Assembly: GCA_030295235.1 (NCBI GenBank)
Contig: AP026131.1
Location: 1,302,001-1,366,000, forward strand
From: Fistulifera solaris
Lineage: Eukaryota
Length of the DNA stretch: 64,000 nt
Reading direction: 5' to 3'
Positions within the stretch are counted from its first letter, which is position 1. Each line of letters opens with the position of its first letter. Below, in pieces: positions 24,701-36,503 of the stretch. The notes under the pieces were generated by a model. It searched no databases and was not told the origin of the DNA. It saw only the letters and a list, made by a program, of their open reading frames with translations. Made by a program: the position numbers and the translations under genes.

Positions 24701-27700
24701 AAGAGAATCAAGACCGAATTAATCACAAATTTCAAAAATACTTCCTGCCTCTAGCGGAGCAGTATGTTGCCGCTGACAAGGAATTTTCCACTGAATTAAG
24801 TGAAGCGGTGTGCGGTTTTTGTCAGCAAGCCGCCCTGAATTGTGACTCTATAAAGGCGTTACGGCGTGCTGTTAGTCTTTGTTCCTCATTCGCATCTTCC
24901 AGTCGAACTAGCATTCTCAAAGAGAAGCGAATAATCAAAGAAAAAGATCAGCTGATGCACCTTGTCCTTGTTGTCTCCGACGCCGTTATCGAATTAGGCT
25001 GTCAGCTCATTCAGTCAGAAAACGATATGCGCTACGTCATTGATGGTCTGTGGACGATGTACGAGTCGTTGCCGGTAGATGGCTTATCCCCCATCGACGT
25101 TAGCGGAGACTACGTTGGTTTGTGTAGCTTGGCAGACAACTTTTTGCGTGACCTGGTAACAATTGAGATTTGCAACAAATGGCGAGGTTCAGATGGATTT
25201 TCGTTTGTTCTTCAACGCAGGAAGGGACGCGAATCTCTCTCTTTCACTGACTCAGACATTATTGCAAGCATTTGCGAAGCATTTTGCAGCCATGTTATTT
25301 CCCTCGAACAGCAAGCCAGCGAAGGCCTTCTATTGCACTTGGTTGCTGATATAAATAGTTTGACCGAAAGGGCTCCACACGGCGACGTAGATTTAAAAGA
25401 ATGCATTACGAATGCCCTTCTTCGTCCACTTCTTCAAACGGGCCAAATTCACCTTCTCGCCAAATTTATATCAATCAGTGAGCGAAAGTGGCTCGATTTC
25501 GATAGCCTCAAAGGAGACGTTGCCTTGTTTGTGAGCGATGCTGCTTTCCATGAAGGTGACGACATCGTGAATGGAAGTCTTGCTGCAGCGATAAGCTGTC
25601 AAGAATTGTTGAGTCGCTTGCTGCCCGGGATCGAAATGATTTTTAATGAGGTCCGTCAATACCTCGATGCGGCCCACTTTATTAATAATGCCATTCTTGC
25701 GACATCCGCTGAAATCATTAGCCCCGCAGAAGTTCGCCGCCTCAGCGGAGAAGCTCTTGTCGATTTGTTGCTGGAACGAGATCCCTTCGTGGCAGTACTT
25801 CACGCGGAAAAGTGGAAAAACTCTGATTGGGCAAAAGCAAGCAACGCGTCAATTCGGTCTGCTATGTCCCCTGCGCATTTTTACGACGACTTCCCTGTGC
25901 CCGCCACAGAAGAGCCTGTACTTCCCGGACAGGCTATTCTTCAGTTAGCAAACATTCTTGGCATGCAACCGGTTGAAATCCTCACAATTAAAGTCAAAAT
26001 GGCACACTTGTGCGCTCAGAATGCATTGTATGGAGCAGCATCAGCTCTTTGCCGATCTCTCCTCGTCGAAAAGCCGATACTTTCGCCATCACAAAACAGT
26101 CATTTATTGAATGTCGTTGTTGGCCTGATTTTTGAACATGAATACACCGATTTGGAAACAAAGCGGGAATTATGTATGCTCATATTCGCCCTGAAATACG
26201 TCGAGCTGTCCATGGACACGTCAGCCAAATTAATGTCCATTGTTACATCGTCAACACGGATGGATTTTGAGCACCTTTCGAGTTATCGAGTTGTAAATCC
26301 AATGCCGTCGCTTCATCGCTTGTGTCGCGACACATCGGAAGAGTATGCAGTTGATCTTGTTGATCTTTTACGTCCCTCCATACCCAGGCTGAAACATTAG
26401 CGGTTGATGATGAACTGTTAAACACTGTTGGGCGCTATTCGGCTTTCTGGTGCATCGCTCAGTGTACTAGACCCAGGCTTGGGGATCCCCTACCATTCGA
26501 TACAATTTGTATCACTTTCAATTTTTGCTATCAAATTTTATTTTTCTTCATATTAACAACAAGGCTCTGATGTCGACGTGCTTTGAGGAGATGAGAACAA
26601 TATTTTCGGACCAAAGGGCTTCCGCTATGAATCTGAATCTTCCTAATGTGGCAGTTGAATGGCTAAAACCAGCTGAATCAATCGTGCAGCGACTAACGAA
26701 CCGAGGATACAGTCTCAATGGAGCTCTCCGTGCTACTTTGATGACACAAAACCGCGGCTACAACGATGCTTTGCAATGGGCGGTTACGCACTCCTTGGAC
26801 AAAGGATTCGACGATCCTATTCTTTTGCTGAGAAAACGCGAACAAATCTATACGTTAAAGGAAGGTCTTGTCATAATGGACAGAGGAATGTCGGAGCTAC
26901 TTCCGATGACCGCGAATATGAACAACCGTGTTTCATTTGCCAAGGAATTGGGTGTCGACAAGGACTCTTTGACCAACCTTGACGACCCGCAACATGTCAC
27001 CAAAAACTCTCAGTCTAAATCGAGAAAACTCGAAGCCTCAAATGGCAGCGTCAATCCGATAAAAACAAAGTCGTCTGCGACATTGGATGAGGCACGTTTT
27101 TCCGAACCGTTCGCAGAGGAATGTGCTTGGATGGAAAATAATGGAATTGCGAATGCCACGTTTCCGACCCAGAATGAGAAGATTTCTAATGGTTCGATCG
27201 AGGAAAGATTTGAGGCAAACGAGCGTTATCATAGAGTAATAATCGAGCAAAATGCGAAAGCGGAAGTATCAAGTCTTGGTACCACCCATCCGCCCTCTCG
27301 CCAAGGACTATCCGTCCCGCCTCCGCCACCGCCTCGAGGCCATTCTCCTCCGAAACCTCCTCCGGTTCCCGCAAGCCTTGCTAGTTCCACCTCCACACTG
27401 CCTTCACCCTCTCCTCCAAAGCCATTAGTTGCACCTCCCCGCCGCCGCCACGTTCGGCTCCGCAAGCTAATCGCGCCGTACCTCTATCGGCTCCTCCTCC
27501 GCAGCCGGCACCGCCGCAACCAGCGACAGACCATCGAACGCAGGTTTTACAAACCCCGAAACGCAAAGACGAACTGAACACTGTTCCACTGACTCCCAAA
27601 ACTCGCTCTGTCATGTTGAAACGTGGTGAAGTTCTCCTTCGAACATCCAAGGCTGCATCGCCGGATCTTCCACCAGATGATCGTCAACGATTGATTGCGG

Positions 27701-28011
27701 AAGGACGACGCTTGCTTCAGCAAAGTCGACAAAAGGCCGCTACGCCATCGACCCATCATCGATATTCTCTGCGGAGTCGGGGATCCCCCAAAGCTCTTTT
27801 CCACCATGAAAGTCAGGACAATTTGGCAGCTGTAGGACAGACCGCAATCAGTACGGATGTAAGGCACATGGAAGCCATCGACTCGCCCATGAACTCGCAA
27901 GCAGTGACTAATGTACTCGGCAGCGACATAAAAGGCGAAGATGCAGGAAACGCATTCGAAGATGAGGATGGTAATGACAGTGGATGGGATTTCGACGAAG
28001 ATGACTTATAA
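21736..28011 (+). CDS. NBAS/Sec39-like ER tethering protein with a UBA-like domain; broken by several apparent frameshifts
   Basis: Consecutive + strand ORFs. VLDHIPLTIPTDEYQHLLP and WYLAR resemble Sec39/NBAS; GYSLNGALRATLMT...ALQW is UBA-like; the C-terminus is an acidic-Trp tail (GWDFDEDDL). Confidence 0.7.
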
Positions 28012-28087
28012 ATTCTATAAATGTTTGCTTTTTTCTTCTGCCAAATGAAATTCTTGGTTTTTAGTCCGCAGCAGTTATAACTTTGTT

Positions 28088-29077
28088 TTATTCGTTCCCA
28101 TTCTTGTCCAAAAATTCCACCATTTCTTCATCTTCCGGTTTGGCCGATTCACTTTCTTTCTTCATGCGCAACGGCGATTGTTGATACAAGCTACCACCCA
28201 CCAGACACAAACAAAGACCCAACAATCCGCCGGGTGCCGCGTGTTGATCCCAAATCAAACAATTCAATAAGATAGTCAAACATTTGTTCAAGACGCCAAT
28301 GAGAGTAAAGGACGTGGCCGAGACTTGGTCACGACACCACCAACTCGAAAAGCCAATGCCCGTTCCCGCAACACAACCCAAGAACAGCAAGAGCATGCTG
28401 GAAAAGGACGAAAGGATTTGTGAAAAGCCTCCCGCGGCAGCAAATTGACCATATTCTCCACCCAGGGCCGCGAAACACAACATCGGGGGAAGTCCCAACA
28501 AGTTGGTGTACAGTACCGGACCGGCTTTCGTTTTCAAGTCGACACTTTGTATGATTTTCTTGCCGTAACACATTTCGAAACAGATTATCAACAAATACGC
28601 CGTCGGCCACAAGTAGGCCGACCATCCCTGGGTTTGAAATTGAGCATCGAAACTGGCATAAAAGACCGCTCCCAATACTATGAGTGACAAGGCCATCCAA
28701 CTGCGACGACTGGGATATTCTCGTCCCAGAAACAAGACATCCAAGACGGCCACCAAACAAGGTGACAAGGCCCGAAAGACCACGACCGTCTCCACATTCG
28801 AGAGTGACAAACTCTTCATATTGCAATAGACGCCCAAGGAAAAGGCAATAATATAATAAAGATAGGGAACCACATATTCCCATTGCAATGGATCCACGGG
28901 AAGGCGACCGGCAGAGTGGGCGGCATAAATGAAGGCGACGGCCACCACCAACTGAAAGGACACCACGAGAGACGGATACGGCAAACGGTGTAAAATCAGT
29001 TTATTTAGTAAGACCAGGGTCCCGGAACAAGCCGAGTAGGCTAATACCGATAACGTGACTTCGACGTTGGGTTTCAT
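28088..29077 (-). CDS. Nucleotide-sugar transporter (GDP-mannose/GONST-like, DMT superfamily)
   Basis: Multi-TM 329-aa ORF with LLNK, NVETVVVFR, VLYTN and SATSFTLIGVLNK motifs. Confidence 0.9.
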   Translation of the reverse strand: MKPNVEVTLSVLAYSACSGTLVLLNKLILHRLPYPSLVVSFQLVVAVAFIYAAHSAGRLPVDPLQWEYVVPYLYYIIAFSLGVYCNMKSLSLSNVETVVVFRALSPCLVAVLDVLFLGREYPSRRSWMALSLIVLGAVFYASFDAQFQTQGWSAYLWPTAYLLIICFEMCYGKKIIQSVDLKTKAGPVLYTNLLGLPPMLCFAALGGEYGQFAAAGGFSQILSSFSSMLLLFLGCVAGTGIGFSSWWCRDQVSATSFTLIGVLNKCLTILLNCLIWDQHAAPGGLLGLCLCLVGGSLYQQSPLRMKKESESAKPEDEEMVEFLDKNGNE

Positions 29078-29434
29078 GGTGAAGTAGAAAGGAAAAGAAA
29101 TGAGTGAATTAGGAAGTTAATATCGAAGACAACAGTCATTTCGTCATTCGACTTCGTGGGCTCATCTTTTGCGCCTTGGCGCGACCTTCAAGTGGCTAAC
29201 AGAAAGTACTTTTTTATTATTAAAATGAGTTCATAATATTAATATTTCAAATAAACAAAAAACGAGATGCAGTCGCTCCAGTATAGTCGGTCCGTCGCTA
29301 TTGCGTCACAAACATTCTTCCTCTCGACGATGAACCGCAAAAAAAAGAAAACGAGAAACACATCAACACATCAAATAATACCTCATTTGATGGGTAACTC
29401 TTCTCGCAACAAAGGAGAATGATATAGACAAAAA

Positions 29435-30834
29435 ATGAACACGAGAACAGCTCTATTTTACTGCTTACTCATGTTCGTTCGAAGAAACTGTGCGTTCCTC
29501 CTTTCTTCTTCCCAACGACGAAAGACAGTTCGAACGTACGCTCATTCGCCCGACTATATCACACGCGATGAAATTCTGCAACAAGCTTCCACACTCCAAT
29601 TAGCACCCATGATGGATTACACCGATCGTCATTTCCGTCACTTAATTCGTTTGTTGTCCAAACAAACCTTGCTGTATACGGAAATGGTGTCTGCCAACGC
29701 GGTCGCCCACGAACGACACTCCCATCAAACACAGTATCGACACGAACATCCTCACGCCAGTGAAGCTACTGTGACACAAAATTACAATGTCGATTACATT
29801 GCCACACGGTTTCTGACCCAAGGCACCGCTCAAGAAGGACCGTCCGTATTGCAATTGGGCGGTTCCGATCCGGATCTGTTGTATCCAGCGGCTCGGGCCG
29901 TGTCGGAATTGTCCCAGCGTTCCGAGTATCATTGTGATTATACGGCCTTGAATCTCAATTGTGGTTGTCCGTCTCCCAAAGTTGCCGGAAAAGGTTGTTT
30001 CGGTGCCGCGCTCATGGACGATCCTGCTCTTGTGCGAGACTTGTGTCAAGCGTTGTACGAAGGCGGCCAGCAACAATATCCGGTCACCGTCAAGTGTCGA
30101 ATTGGGACGGATTCGAAGCGATCGTGGAAGGACGACAACGACGAAGCGCAGTATCAGGAATTGTGCCACTTCATTGAAACGGTCGCGGCCGGAGGGATCG
30201 TCCAAGATTTTACCATTCACGCCCGGATTGCCGTCTTGACCAAGTCCTTTTCTCCGGCGGACAATCGCAAAATACCACCTCTCAAATACCATCTCATTCA
30301 ACGCCTCGTACAAGATTATCCGCATTTGCGGTTTACGCTCAATGGTGGAATTGAAAGTATACCGCAAGTCCAAGACCAATTGAGCCGAATGCCTGGATTG
30401 CGTGGTGTCATGGTCGGTCGGGCCTTTTGTGCAGATCCGTGGCGCTTCAGTTGCGCGGATGCGCTTCTATATAACAATGACACGGAAGTACCCCATCGAT
30501 GGCACGTTTTGCAACAATATGCTCAATACGCCGATGCCCAAGAACAATTATACGACGCGACCACGATTCGACGATTTTTGATGAAAGCTGTCACAGGACT
30601 GTTTGCGGGAGAACCCAACTCGAAAAAGTACCGGATCGCGTTGGACGAAATTGCGGGACTGCCCAAAAGGGGATCCATACGCCCATTTCCGAACTGCTGT
30701 TGGAGGCGGCGACGAAACACTTGTCCGAAGAAACCTTGTTTCGATCACCGTTGGAAAGTTATGAATTTCAAACGCAAACGCAAAACAAAGATTTGGTGCG
30801 GGAATGGCAAGCCGATCGCCATGCCACCCTGTAA
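29435..30834 (+). CDS. dusA: tRNA-dihydrouridine synthase, DusA type, with an N-terminal targeting peptide; frameshift near 30670
   Basis: LAPMMDYTDRHFR, QLGGSDP, NLNCGCPS, VTVKCRIG, IHAR, SPADNRKIPPL, NGGI and MVGRA motifs. Confidence 0.92.
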
Positions 30835-30917
30835 TATTCTCTAGTACGGCACTTATTCATTCTATAGTGCAACTTGTGTTTTTCGGTCCATTCTATCATC
30901 CTCGATCCATCTTTTGT
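30785..30917 (+). repeat. Direct repeat copy A (dusA 3' end plus the 3' end of the convergent Cys-rich gene)
   Basis: ACAAAGATTTGGTGCGGGAATGGCAAG...CTCGATCCATCTTTTGT aligns with 35356-35494. Confidence 0.9.
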
Positions 30918-31393
30918 TTCAGGCGTGGGGACCGGACAAGCATCTAGCGAAAAGCTCTCGAGCAGGTTTTGGCGGTCAGCGTCGGTGCTTGGTGAAGACC
31001 AATGAATCGGTTTATTCATAGGAAAAAGAACGGCCGAGCCGCTGCTGTTTCTTTCGAGCCAAATTTAGATTTATGCAAAGTGAAAGCAACAGCGATCTGT
31101 ATACGTGGACTAGTAAACCCTGAACGAGAGAATTATGAAAGTATCTACGTAGTCGATCTCGAATATCGAGTAGCTGCAGTTTGTTTACAAAGCATGTACA
31201 AAGGGGACTCTTTATGAATAATGCTAGGCCAATTTATTCTAGAGTTAATAAGTGGATAACAGTTTTAAAAAGACTGCAGATAATATGTATAAACGCCATC
31301 ATCTAATTCATCTACTGACAGAGTTCGTTAACCACTCCATCCTTTCTTTCACATTGACAAACACATATACTGTATCAGAAAGCTCGTGTCTTC

Positions 31394-32254
31394 TTAAGCC
31401 TTCAATTCGTTTTCGGACGATGCCACAGAGACGCCTGACTTGGCTTGCACGGCATCGGTCTCGGCGGCAACAGCCTCGGCTTTCATGACGCCAAAGATGT
31501 GTTGGCAAGTAACAGCGGCCACAGCAGCCCCAACGAACGGAGCTGTGTAGTACACCCACCAGCCCTCGGTGCCGACTTCATCACCCAAACCACCCAAGGC
31601 CGCAACCACGTGGGGTCCGAACGAGCGGGCAGGGTTGATGCCACATCCAGTCAAGGGGACCAAAAGCAAGTGAGCCAGCATGACGCTCCAGCCAATGGCA
31701 ATGGGGGCAAGATTGCCAGCGATGGACTTGGAGCTGACGGCCGTCATTAGGACCGTCCAGACAAGAATGATAGTTCCCATCATCTCACCTAGAAAGGCAG
31801 ATCCTTGAGAATAACTTGGATGAACCGTGTTGATACCAAGGCCAAAAGGAGGATCAGAAAGGACGGTGCTCTCGTAGGTACCCCAAACAATCGCAGCGCC
31901 CAAAACTGCACCCGCGCACTGGGCTGCAAGGTAGGCACCGAACTGGAACAAATTAAAGTCGCCGAGAACCACAAAGGCGAACGTAACGGCGGGATTAATG
32001 TGACCGCCCGACACAGGGGCGATAGTGTAAGCGAGAACCGAAATGGCGAAGCCAAAGGCCAAGGCAATGGCAACGAGAAGGCCGCTATCGTTCGCCGCCC
32101 CGTCCGCACTGTTGCGATCATTCAATGTTTGGCCTGAGACTGCCACGCCGCATCCAGTGAACACAAACAGTGCAGTCGCGACAAACTCAGCTGCCAAAGC
32201 ACGGCTGTCTGCGCGCTTCGATCCGAAAAGATCGTACTTGATGCTTTCCGACAT
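31394..32254 (-). CDS. Aquaporin (MIP family)
   Basis: AEFVAT, SGGHINPAVT and GCGINPARSFGP; six hydrophobic helices. Confidence 0.96.
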   Translation of the reverse strand: MSESIKYDLFGSKRADSRALAAEFVATALFVFTGCGVAVSGQTLNDRNSADGAANDSGLLVAIALAFGFAISVLAYTIAPVSGGHINPAVTFAFVVLGDFNLFQFGAYLAAQCAGAVLGAAIVWGTYESTVLSDPPFGLGINTVHPSYSQGSAFLGEMMGTIILVWTVLMTAVSSKSIAGNLAPIAIGWSVMLAHLLLVPLTGCGINPARSFGPHVVAALGGLGDEVGTEGWWVYYTAPFVGAAVAAVTCQHIFGVMKAEAVAAETDAVQAKSGVSVASSENELKA

Positions 32255-33261
32255 GGTATCTAATTTTAGTGTGTATTTTATCGCAAGATTTGTGACACCT
32301 TTAACATTTAGATCTCTCCTTACAGTTGTAGAGAGTCTACCGGCGTGATGCCTTCAGTGTTCACGAAAGATTTTTCCGCCCCAAATTTTAAACTGAAAAT
32401 ATTGATTGCCTACAGTAAACACTATATACACTTCATTCATCCCGAAAAAACTAATAACTCAGGAGTACTAAATAATAAATAGAACGTGGTTCGGGTTCGG
32501 GTGCGGTCAGGAGGGCTTCATCTTCACTCTTCACCCAGGTACTGTACCAGTAACCCCACTAATATTAAAAATTTTCAGGCGAATATTTGAGACCAAAGAC
32601 TTTCGCTTATGCGGCATAATATAACAACTAATAATTACACTCTGTCTCTCTTGAGGGAACAGCGACAGCATGTTCTTTACGTTCATTCCTTAGAAAGACA
32701 AGTCCCAGGTCCCAGGTCCCCGTTGTCTTGTTTAAAGCGTATACGTTGACTTTTGACTTTTAAAACTTAACTCAAAGAGGAATGTATTATTTACTATTAA
32801 TTGATTGATTGTAAAGAAATATCATAAGGTCTGAAGCTGAGTAGTACTTGTACTGGTAACTGGTAATAGGTCTTGAGTCTTGCGTCTCGAGAATTGGGAA
32901 TTAGTTTCAGAATTCTGACTGTCAACTCTCACTTGTCACCGAGAGTGGTACAAAACGGGTATATAGTATTTTTACTAGAAACGGAGGAAGAGGAAATGAC
33001 GACGCGCCACGCACCACGCGGCGTGCGGCACGCACTCCGCACTAACAACTCACAAAAACCAACGAATAAGCACTTATTACTTACTAGCCGCTTACGCGGG
33101 TTAGCCCCTGGGAGCTTGGCGGAAACTGCTACGTCCGACCGGTTTCAGATATAATTTATTGTAACAGTAAAAATAGCTATCGGCGATAAATGTTTACTTT
33201 GAGCGTTCGAAACGGTTAAATTACTTAGCCCTTAAAACGTGTTGGTACTTTATTAGCTACA

Positions 33262-33393
33262 GAAAAATTTCTCTCTATAGAGAAAATGCTCCCTCAAGAG
33301 AGCATTTTCTCTATAGAGAATTTACTCTCTTTAGAGAGAAAAATCTCTCTATAGTGAGAAATTTCTCTCTATAGTGAGAAAAATCTCTCTTTC
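33262..33393. repeat. Array of about six 20-21 bp quasi-palindromic units (AATTTCTCTCTATAGTGAGA)
   Basis: Read directly from the sequence; a matching array lies at 34267-34388. Confidence 0.9.
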
Positions 33394-34266
33394 AAAATTT
33401 TAACCGTGTCTTACTTGTGGTTTCCAATTAAGGTTATGATTTTTCCAAAAATGAAGCATCACCGAAAATTCTCATCGCGACCGCAATCGACCGCAACACA
33501 AAAACAAGGCTTCGGAGTTACACAAACACTTCTAATTACTTATTATCAATCAACCTCCTTCAACAGGATTGTTGGGGCTTAGCTCTGGAAAGAAGGATGG
33601 CGCGTTTGCAGGCCGAGTGCCATTCTTGGCTTCATGTGCTGGTTACGACGAGCCAATTTCACCACCACCATTGTTTTATTGTGACAAGCGCACTTTTGAT
33701 CCGAGGCTCATCTTGAACAAAGCGTGTTGTTTCCATGCTGACTGAAGTCTGGCAAATTTACGCGGTCCGGGGCTGCTTCGTTTATCAGCAGCAATACTTG
33801 ATTCTTACTCGAAAAAATTGCAGCTTTAGAGCCAGAAGATTCTTTGACCGAAGGAGTGGGAGAAAGAACGTTACGCTGCTGCAAAGAAGAAAGAAAAAGG
33901 ACCAACAAGGGGTCTATCCTGTTGGCTTTGGATGCTGGGTCGATAGAAAACTCACGGTCGCATCCACGAGCCGTCGGTGTGAGAGCCCGTCAAAGAACCC
34001 AATCTACATTTCGCACTGATTTCATGAACCAGCATTTGCCTATGAATTCCCAATAGATATTTTTCAAGATTATCTTGTTTGGATAGTCTAAATGGGCCTT
34101 TTTCTAAATAAAAAGATTGAACGAGTGAGATTTGCGAGTGTTGTGAATTATGTGAACGCGATGAGCGATGAGCGATGAGAGTTTGCGTCGGATTCCGTTG
34201 AAACGCAAAAACCTTAATTGAAAAGCGTGTTATTGCTGTTGAGATTCGTTACTTACTCAACCGAGC

Positions 34267-34388
34267 TAGAGAGATATTTCTCTTTATAGAGAGCAATTTC
34301 TCTCTATAGGGAGAAAAATGCACTTTTGAGAGAGCAATTTCTCTCTATAGTGAGAAATTTCTCTCTACAGTGAGAAATTTCTCTCTAC
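34267..34388. repeat. Second array of the same quasi-palindromic 20-21 bp unit
   Basis: TTTCTCTCTA(T/C)AGTGAGAAA units. Confidence 0.9.
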
Positions 34389-34505
34389 GCCAACAAGGAT
34401 AATTACATAGGAATGAACCAAATTTATATTTAGGAGATAAAACGTGATTAAAAACCGGATGTTTGTTGATACAGTTCTGTAGGAGTTCAACGTTATCGGT
34501 AAAAA

Positions 34506-34940
34506 TCATGTCATATAAGCTTTAAGTGTACATATTCTGTCACGGAGAGACTTCCGACAAGCACCCTGCGGGGGGCAAGAAAGAGGTGTAGGCGATAAAG
34601 TAGATTTGTGAATGTAGTGTAACTGTAAGTGGGTATTGTTGCTCCTTCGATGCTCTCGCTCTTCCTCATTCAAACTCTCCCTGTGAGCACGCTGTCGCAA
34701 AGCATTCTTCAACTTCTGTTCACCTTTCCCGGTTGCTGTTTTTACTCTTTGACGATACGAATGTTGTCGCAAAGCATTCTTCATCAGTCGATTGTGAAGT
34801 TGTGTTGTCGTCTTTGCTCTTTCACGATACGCACGTTGACGCAAAGCATTCATTCGTCGTTTGCCTTGTAACACATCATCATCGGCATCACTTCTTGTCA
34901 ATTTTGATGGTTCGATATATAGCTTGTCTATTTCGTTCAT
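34506..34940 (-). pseudogene. Remnant ORF with three (K/M)NALRQxxxR repeats, resembling the charged N-terminal region of Helitron Rep/Hel proteins
   Basis: Lies near the 5' end of the Helitron in the same orientation; no Rep or helicase motifs follow. Confidence 0.5.
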
Positions 34941-34977
34941 CTTTCTTCTTTTGGTTTTGTGCTAGGTTCTATCAAAA

Positions 34978-35200
34978 GTGCACAAACGCAAAACGAAACG
35001 AAAGCGGAAAAAGCACAAACGCAAAACGGAAGTAAAAAGAGCACAAACGCAAAACGGAAGACTCAGAAACGTCGCATTCGAAATTCGAAAACCAAGGAAA
35101 CGTCACTCTAGAACAACCAATGAGAACAAAGAAAAGAACATAAAGAACAAAAGAAATGTGGAATGAGAACAAAGCAAAGAACACAAAGAACAAAGGAACG
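34978..35200. repeat. Helitron subterminal minisatellites (GCACAAACGCAAAACG x3; GAACAAAG-type units)
   Basis: Read directly from the sequence. Confidence 0.8.
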
Positions 35201-35355
35201 TCAAATCCGTGATTTGGACACCCGGGAGCGCGTTACGTTACGTGACACACACACACACGGACACAGCGCGCTATTATAAATAGATTACTTCCTTATTTCC
35301 TAAAGTCAGAATGTAAAAACCTGCTTACCTTGTACATGGACCTGTGCCACTCTCC

Positions 35356-35494
35356 ACAAAGATTTGGCGCGGGAATGGCAAGCGGATCGCAAAGCCGCCC
35401 TGTAATTCTGGGAAGTACTTGTACTATACTTATTCATTCTATAGAGCAACTTGTGCTTTTCGGTACATTCTTTCATCCTCGATCCATCTTTTGT
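35356..35494 (+). repeat. Direct repeat copy B of 30785-30917
   Basis: ACAAAGATTTGGCGCGGGAATGGCAAG...CTCGATCCATCTTTTGT. Confidence 0.9.
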
Positions 35495-36503
35495 GTCGTG
35501 GGTGTCGAAGATGGCCTCTTTGCAATTCGTGACTTTGTTGGGCCACCATACAACCTGCCGCTAACAATCGCACCGACTGGATTCCTCGCCACAACGTCCA
35601 GGCAATTTGAAAACACGCCCGACTCGCCCGGCGACCATTCTGACTGCACTCTTGTCCCCCAGCACTGTCCACGGCACAACAACCCACACAAAACGAACAG
35701 ATGCGCAGACAGCACGCGATTTGGAAACAGTGGTGCATCAGGTTCCCAAAGAATGCCGCACATTTTTCTTGTCGAATTTCCGTGTCATCTTGACCCAAAT
35801 GGTATTCTTCTCGTACCATTCGACGCGTGACGTTATGGGCACAGCAGATACTTTGGAGTCCACCCAAACAGGTCACCTCGAGACACAAAAAGAGGTGGGG
35901 ACAATTTTGTTCCCCGTACGTTCCGGCATGAATCGTAATGGGTGCAGAAGGGCATTGTCGGGCGCAACACTGTGGTCCATCGTGATAGCCCTGCCATAAT
36001 TTGTATTGGGTCATATCCCCCCGCAACGCTTGATACCGTGCCATCCATTGACCGCCGCACGGACAGAGTGTGGCAAAACAACACAAGGCCGGCTTTGTGG
36101 TGGATGCTTGTAACATGGTAATACTCCAACCACCTCCCGGACCTTGCGATTGCTGTTCATTTTCCGGTTGTGGTGAAAAACAAAAAATGCAAGGAAAAGC
36201 AAGAGGACTGCCCAAACACCAAATGGCGTCGGCGCAATATTCGACTGCGGGGCTGGTGTGGTGACAAACGCGTCAGAATCGAGACAACATCCAGCGTATT
36301 TAACAACAAGGACTCACCTGATGGCCTCTAAACCATCCGCGCACATTCCAAAGGCCGGATCCAAACCTTAACGACGGAACGAAAGATTTCAGTTCACAGA
36401 GAAGTGAGAAAACGAATCGAACGAAAGGATGATTCGTACCGCAACCATTTTTCCAGCATTCACAACAATTCTTGTCCACGATACCGCTCACAAATTGCGA
36501 CAT
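35473..36503 (-). CDS. Cysteine-rich PLAC8-like protein; introns 36367-36439 and 36253-36317
   Basis: Splicing gives MSQFVSG...KNGCGLDPAFGMC...SPAVEYC...LGSPL in frame, then CCFATLCPC, QGY, LFLCLE and GCMVAQ. The end is either 35439 or, with a frameshift, PTTQKMDRG* at 35473. Confidence 0.7.

Larger units (their letters stand above)
33084..35284 (-). mobile_element. Non-autonomous Helitron, about 2.2 kb
   Basis: On the minus strand it starts A|TCTATTTATAATAG followed by a (GT)n tract and ends with hairpin CCGC-GTAA-GCGG then CTAG|T. Inserted between A and T. Internal minisatellites and a basic repeat ORF. Confidence 0.85.

Noticed and set aside
32975..33040. Second CTAG plus GC-rich hairpin as an alternative Helitron 3' end
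   Set aside because: The hairpin is imperfect and more than 25 nt from the CTAG; the 33084 end fits better.
33262..34388. Palindromic 20-bp arrays as a CRISPR array
   Set aside because: Units are contiguous with no unique spacers, there are no cas genes, and the context is eukaryotic.
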